From an uncultured Actinomycetes bacterium (GTDB lineage: Bacteria > Actinomycetota > Acidimicrobiia > Spongiisociales > DATADW01), in NCBI GenBank assembly GCA_963824995.1, contig CAWGRK010000002.1, forward strand, positions 186,001 to 250,000: a stretch of DNA of 64,000 nucleotides. The letters run 5' to 3'. Positions 59,403-64,000 of the stretch are shown in pieces. A program made the translations under genes and the position numbers. The notes under the pieces are model-generated. The model ran no database searches. It worked only from the letters and a program-made list of their open reading frames with translations, and was not told where the DNA came from. Position 1 is the stretch's first letter; the number at the start of each line of letters is the position of its first letter.

Positions 59403-60436
59403 CGCGCCAAGCGGTGGTCCTCGCCGGGGGCAAGGGAACCCGGATGTGGCCGTTGACCGCCAACTATCCGAAGGCTCTGCTCCCGGTCGGCGGGATGCCG
59501 TTTCTCGAGATGCAGCTTCGTTGGCTGTCCTCTGCCGGGGTGACCGATGTGGTGATCGCCGTCGGGGCGGAGAAACAGGCGGCCTGGCTCCGCCATCTGG
59601 CTGACCGCGAAGCCAATGAAGGACCGAAGATCGAGGTCGCGGCCGAACCCGAGCCACTCGACACGGCCGGGGCACTGGTGGGCATAAGGGATCGACTTGC
59701 CGACCGATTCCTCGTGCTCAACGGCGACGTCATCCTCGACATCGACCCAGACATACTGCTGGGGTCATGGAATGACGACTGTCGGGCGCGCCTCACGCTG
59801 ACCGTGGTCGACGATGCCTCTTCGTATGGCGCAGTACTGCTCGATGGCTCCAACGTGAGGGCGTTCGAGGAAAAGCCAGAATTCATTGGGGACGCCAGGG
59901 CAACGGTCAACGCCGGGCTCTACCTTATGGATCGGAGCATCTTGGAGGAACTGCACCCGGGGCCGCGCTCGCTGGAACGAGAGGTCTTCCCATTGCTCGC
60001 CTCGAGGGGCGAGTTGGACGGAGTGCTCGGCAAGGGACCCTGGCTGGATGTCGGGACACCGCAGCGGTACATCGAAGCCCACGCCACCGTGGCAGGTGGA
60101 CGGACAATGCTCTATGAACTCGATGGGCAACGTGGCGGATTCGTCATGCCTGAAGGCGAATGGTCGTGGATCGGGCTGAATGCGGCGGTGGACCCGGAGG
60201 CGAGACTCCGCCATGCCGTGGTACTCGACGAGGCGTCTATCGCGGCCGGCGCGGCGGTGCAGGATGCCATCGTGGGTTGGGGGGCCGAGGTAAAGGACAA
60301 AGCCGTAGTTGCCGACTACACGGTGGTCGGCGAGGGGAGCGTGATCGGCGCCGGGTGCGAGTTGCGCCACGGTGTCCGGGTCGCCCCCGGTATCGAGCTT
60401 GGCAGTAGAGCCGTTACCTTCTCGGCGCCGACCTGA
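59399..60436 (+). CDS. NDP-sugar synthase (mannose-1-phosphate guanylyltransferase-like)
   Basis: LAGGKGTRM, PKAL, EPLDTAG, NGD, FEEKP and WLDVGTP motifs, with a hexapeptide tail. Confidence 0.85.
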   Translation: MTRQAVVLAGGKGTRMWPLTANYPKALLPVGGMPFLEMQLRWLSSAGVTDVVIAVGAEKQAAWLRHLADREANEGPKIEVAAEPEPLDTAGALVGIRDRLADRFLVLNGDVILDIDPDILLGSWNDDCRARLTLTVVDDASSYGAVLLDGSNVRAFEEKPEFIGDARATVNAGLYLMDRSILEELHPGPRSLEREVFPLLASRGELDGVLGKGPWLDVGTPQRYIEAHATVAGGRTMLYELDGQRGGFVMPEGEWSWIGLNAAVDPEARLRHAVVLDEASIAAGAAVQDAIVGWGAEVKDKAVVADYTVVGEGSVIGAGCELRHGVRVAPGIELGSRAVTFSAPT

Positions 60437-60454
60437 TTCGATTAGGAGCATTTG

Positions 60455-61399
60455 ATGCGCGCGTTGGTAACCGGCGGGGCAGGGTTCATAGGGAGTCATC
60501 TGGTCGATCGCCTGGTCGACCAGTCGCATGAGGTCCTCGTGGTAGACGACCTTTCAACAGGCCATGCCGACAACCTGGCGCCCGCCAGGGCGCGCGGCGG
60601 GGTCAAGCTCCACCAACTCGACATCCGTGACGAGTCCCTGTTCAAGGTTGCCGAGCGTTTCCTTCCGAATGTCATCTTTCACCTCGCCGCCCAGGCCGCG
60701 GTCCCCGTATCGGTGAAGCGGCCGCGCTTCGACGCCGAGGTGAACGTCGTGGGCACGATCAACGTCCTGGAGGCGGCGAAGCGGAGTGGCACCGAGCGCG
60801 TCGTGTTCGCCTCTTCGGGTGGCGCCATCTATGGGTCGTCGGCATCGCTACCGGTGAGGGAGAACATGTCCAAGTCACCGGACTCGCCGTACGGCATCTC
60901 CAAGAAGATCGTCGAGGACTATTTCCGCTACTACCGGGCGAACCACGACATCGATTACGTGCTCCTGGCTTTGGCCAACGTCTACGGCCCGCGCCAGGAC
61001 GCTCAGGGAGAGGCCGGCGTGGTCGCCCTGTTCTCCAGCGCAATGCTCCAGGGCAGGGCGCCCACGATCTTCGGCGACGGCGAGCAGACCCGAGATTTCG
61101 TCTACGTCGAGGATGTTGCCGATGCATTCGCCCGCGCCGGGGAAAGGGGCGGTTCCCGCCTTCTCAACATCGGCACGGGGGTAGAGACCACGGTGAATCG
61201 CCTCACCGACGCCATCATCTCCGCAATAGGCTTCAAAGGGGGCCCTGGTTACGCCCCTCCGCGCTCCGGTGACGTTCTCCGCTCGGTGGTCGATCCGTCT
61301 GCCGCCAAGGAGGTCATCGGATGGGAGCCGTGGACGACATTGGACGAGGGGATCGTCAGCAGCGTGGAGTGGTTCCGAGGCGCCGTCGCCCCGGTGTGA
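60455..61399 (+). CDS. NAD-dependent epimerase (UDP-glucose 4-epimerase-like)
   Basis: TGGAGFIGSH, HLAAQ, SSGGAIYG, YGISK, NVYGPRQ and GEAGVV motifs. Confidence 0.9.
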   Translation: MRALVTGGAGFIGSHLVDRLVDQSHEVLVVDDLSTGHADNLAPARARGGVKLHQLDIRDESLFKVAERFLPNVIFHLAAQAAVPVSVKRPRFDAEVNVVGTINVLEAAKRSGTERVVFASSGGAIYGSSASLPVRENMSKSPDSPYGISKKIVEDYFRYYRANHDIDYVLLALANVYGPRQDAQGEAGVVALFSSAMLQGRAPTIFGDGEQTRDFVYVEDVADAFARAGERGGSRLLNIGTGVETTVNRLTDAIISAIGFKGGPGYAPPRSGDVLRSVVDPSAAKEVIGWEPWTTLDEGIVSSVEWFRGAVAPV

Positions 61400-61405
61400 G
61401 TCAGG

Positions 61406-62137
61406 TCAGCGGAAGAGGTCGTCCTCGACGTTCCTGACGAGGTCGGTGCCCCTCCCGTCACCGGGCACGACATCGAGGCCACGCACCACGGCGCAGGGGA
61501 TCCCGTTCGCCTTGCCCATCACCAGGTCGGCGGCAGCGGCTATCTCGTCGGCGATGGCTATCTCGGTGACCTCGAGGGTCCTGCCGAAAGCGTCCGTGGT
61601 CCCGCGTAGGTCGATGACCGCCGTCAGTCCCGAGACGCCGATCGCTACGTCCACCAAACCGCTTCTCCAAGCGCGCCCAAATGTGTCTGTTATCACCACG
61701 CCTATCCCGACCGCGCTATCTCGTTCCAGCTTGACCCGGATACGGTGAGCCGAGCGATCGGGGTCCACGGGGAGCGTGACGACGCTCCCTGCCCTCACGT
61801 TGGAGCGGTCGACCCCCGCATTGGCGCAGACGAATCCGTGTGTCGTCTCGGCGATGACGAGGTCACCCCGCCGGCGGAGCACCCGCCTCGCCTCCGCCTC
61901 CACCACTGTCCTGTAGGCAGCGGGGTCCTCTTCGGCCACCTCGACGACCGCCCCCTCCGCCTTGGAGACGAGCTTGTGGGTCAGGACGACGACATCACCC
62001 TGCGCCAGTTCGATGCCGGAGTGCTCCAGCCCCCCCAGGACCAAAGCGGCGACGTCGTCCCCCGGACTCGCCTCGGGGATCCCGGCCACGGGCATGACAG
62101 TCACCGTGCCGGTCACTTCAGCAATCCGACCAGCCAT
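61406..62137 (-). CDS. cofE: Coenzyme F420-0:L-glutamate ligase
   Basis: KLVSKAEG, CANAGVDRSN, ITDTFGRAWR, ADEIAAAADL and DLFR motifs. Confidence 0.92.
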   Translation of the reverse strand: MAGRIAEVTGTVTVMPVAGIPEASPGDDVAALVLGGLEHSGIELAQGDVVVLTHKLVSKAEGAVVEVAEEDPAAYRTVVEAEARRVLRRRGDLVIAETTHGFVCANAGVDRSNVRAGSVVTLPVDPDRSAHRIRVKLERDSAVGIGVVITDTFGRAWRSGLVDVAIGVSGLTAVIDLRGTTDAFGRTLEVTEIAIADEIAAAADLVMGKANGIPCAVVRGLDVVPGDGRGTDLVRNVEDDLFR

Positions 62138-63033
62138 CGGGCGAACTGCTCGGCGCGTTCCGGCTCGGCTATCCGGGTGTCGGACACATGGATGTCGAGC
62201 CCGGCCCGGCGCAGGGCGGTCGCCTCCTCACCGTCGGAGCGGTCAATGATCAGGTCGCTGAGCAACCCGTCGTAGGCAGCGATCACCCCGGCATTTCCCC
62301 TCGGGTAGCCGAGCCCGGCCAGTACCCGGTGAGCTGGGCCTTTGAGCGCCTCCCCACCGAAGAGCGGGGAGATCCCGATCACCCGGTCGACCGCCGCGAT
62401 CGCCTGCTCGAGTCCAGGCACCGCCAGGATCGGCCAAATGGAGAGCGGCGGGTTGGATGGCGCGATTATCACGGTATCGGCGGATCCCAGCGCGCCGAGG
62501 ACCCCAGGAGCGGGACTCGCCGACGCCGCCCCATCGAATCGCAGATCCGATACCTCGTCGCGCTGCTTGCGATGGACGAAGTAGTCCTGGAAAGTCAGCC
62601 ACTGTCCGTCTCCGGTGGCGACTCTCGTCCTCAACGGTTGATCGGTTGCGGGCAGGACGGTGACTGTCACGCCGAACCGGGCGGCAAGCTCGGAGACGAT
62701 TGTCGAAAGCGGCTGGCGCTGGCGCAACCGGAGGGTCCGGTAGAGGTTGGTGGCGAGGTCCGAATCCCCGATCGCAAACGTCGTGTCGATGCCGAGTTTG
62801 GCGAGGTGGCCCATCACCTCCCATGAATCGCCGGCTCGTCCCCATCCCTCAGGCCCTTCGATTCCGGCGAGGGTGTAGATGACCGTGTCGAGGTCCGGGG
62901 ATACGTGCAGACCGTAGGCGACCTCGTCGTCGCCGACATTCACCACCATCGTCGTTTCCACGTCCCCGAGCCGCGCCAACCCCCGCCCCAGCCGGGCCCC
63001 TCCGACACCACCCGAGAGCACGACAACCCTCAT
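62113..63033 (-). CDS. cofD: 2-phospho-L-lactate transferase
   Basis: LSGGVGGAR, NVGDD, SPDLDTVIY, GDSDLAT, FQDYFV and APSNP motifs. Confidence 0.92.
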   Translation of the reverse strand: MRVVVLSGGVGGARLGRGLARLGDVETTMVVNVGDDEVAYGLHVSPDLDTVIYTLAGIEGPEGWGRAGDSWEVMGHLAKLGIDTTFAIGDSDLATNLYRTLRLRQRQPLSTIVSELAARFGVTVTVLPATDQPLRTRVATGDGQWLTFQDYFVHRKQRDEVSDLRFDGAASASPAPGVLGALGSADTVIIAPSNPPLSIWPILAVPGLEQAIAAVDRVIGISPLFGGEALKGPAHRVLAGLGYPRGNAGVIAAYDGLLSDLIIDRSDGEEATALRRAGLDIHVSDTRIAEPERAEQFARWLVGLLK

Positions 63034-63060
63034 CGAACGGGCAAAGGTAGTCAGAGAAAT

Positions 63061-63110
63061 GACGGCAGACGGCGGACGGCGGCGATTCTGACCGCAGACC
63101 GTCTGCCGTC
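63061..63110. repeat. Facing heptamer arrays with a 15-nt spacer
   Basis: GACGGCA GACGGCG GACGGCG (63061-63081), then GACCGTC TGCCGTC (63097-63110). Confidence 0.8.
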
Positions 63111-63144
63111 TCGGTATTGCCTCGCGTACCTGATCCAAGGCACA

Positions 63145-64000
63145 ATGTCTGCTCCGATGTCGATTCCCGAGATCCCCGCGCCGGCGGGGAGCCTCTCCGA
63201 CCGGGCCACCGTGGTCGTAGCCCTGCTGGCCCGCGCCGGCGGGTTCCTCGACGAGACGCTCCAAGCCGTATACGCCCAGACGCACACCCCGCTGGAGGTT
63301 TTCGTTGTCGGCGGCGATCAGACACGGACCAGCGGAATGGGCCGGTTGCCGTGGGTACCGGACCTTGCCGAGTTGGTGGAACGTCTCGACCCGCTGGCGA
63401 CGCACGTCTGGCTCATCCATGACGACGCTCGCCCGCACCCCGATGCATTGGCCGCCATGGTCGCGGACAGTGAGCGCGTCGAGGCGTCGGTGGTCGGCTC
63501 CAAGATCTTGCGTCACGGCGAGATGCTCGAATCGGTCGGATCGGCGACCGACGTGTTTGGTCAGCCATCGTCCGGGTTGGAAGACGACGAGATCGATCAG
63601 GAGCAGTACGACGTCGTAAGGGACGTCTCCTACATCTCGAACGTGTCGATGCTGGTGCGGCGCGACCTGCTGCGCGGAGTCGGCGGCCTCGACGGAAAAA
63701 TGCCGCAGGACTCACAAAGCATCGACTTCTCACAGAGGGCACGCGTCGCAGGAGGGAGGGTGGTGGTGGCGCCGGCCTCCGAAGTCGAGCACCACGCCGC
63801 CTGTGTGCGCGATGTGCCTTCTTGGAGGGAACAAGCGGGGAGGATCCGGGCGGCGCTGGTCGCCTACCGGCCGTGGACGTTGTTGTGGGTCATCCCGACG
63901 TTGTGGTTCATTGGGCTGATCGACGGTCTGGTCAGGCTCTTCCTGACTCCCCGCATCCGGCTCTTCGACTGGTTCCGCGCCTGGCTGTGGAACCTGGGGA
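63145..64000 (+). CDS. GT2 glycosyltransferase, runs off the window (absent from the ORF track)
   Basis: Manual translation: MSAPMSIPE...FLDETLQAVYAQT...WLIHDDARPHPDAL...VVGSKI...EIDQEQYD...MLVRRDL...RARVAGGRVVVAP. Confidence 0.8.
   Translation, partial: MSAPMSIPEIPAPAGSLSDRATVVVALLARAGGFLDETLQAVYAQTHTPLEVFVVGGDQTRTSGMGRLPWVPDLAELVERLDPLATHVWLIHDDARPHPDALAAMVADSERVEASVVGSKILRHGEMLESVGSATDVFGQPSSGLEDDEIDQEQYDVVRDVSYISNVSMLVRRDLLRGVGGLDGKMPQDSQSIDFSQRARVAGGRVVVAPASEVEHHAACVRDVPSWREQAGRIRAALVAYRPWTLLWVIPTLWFIGLIDGLVRLFLTPRIRLFDWFRAWLWNLG

Noticed and set aside
20022..63110. CRISPR array
   Set aside because: The repeats are spacerless heptamers or dispersed single copies, and no cas genes were recognised.
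1..64000. tRNA, rRNA, IS transposase, integrase or prophage genes
   Set aside because: None was recognised by eye or in the ORF track.

Overview
High-GC actinobacterial chromosome segment, probably class Acidimicrobiia (inferred from F420 genes, an LpdA-type flavoprotein, leaderless promoters and Cys-containing SLH-like repeats). Positions 1-42.5 kb are a cell-envelope glycan locus: sulfotransferases, WecE/RffA, GT2 and GT-C-like glycosyltransferases, flippases, WecB, rfbCBAD, a CsaB-like pyruvyltransferase, a priming sugar transferase and five SLH-like surface proteins. Positions 42.5-64 kb hold housekeeping genes in a recognisable actinobacterial order: moeB, PBP1A, methylmalonyl-CoA mutase, lpdA, arginase, accA/accD, birA, LCP, ugd, manC-like, galE-like, cofE/cofD and a GT2. 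Several genes carry single-base frameshifts that are probably long-read errors. The most unusual signal is intergenic. Heptamer tandem arrays, (GACGGCR)n and their inverse (YGCCGTC)n, mark many gene junctions like left and right element ends. One pair encloses an antisense four-helix-bundle (IVP/Avd-like) gene between accA and accD, one pair is 'empty', and three arrays sit beside copies of a palindromic repeat. A second, AT-rich heptamer family brackets the arginase gene. No rRNA, tRNA, CRISPR array, transposase, integrase or reverse transcriptase was recognised. All family assignments come from motif recognition by eye, not from database searches.
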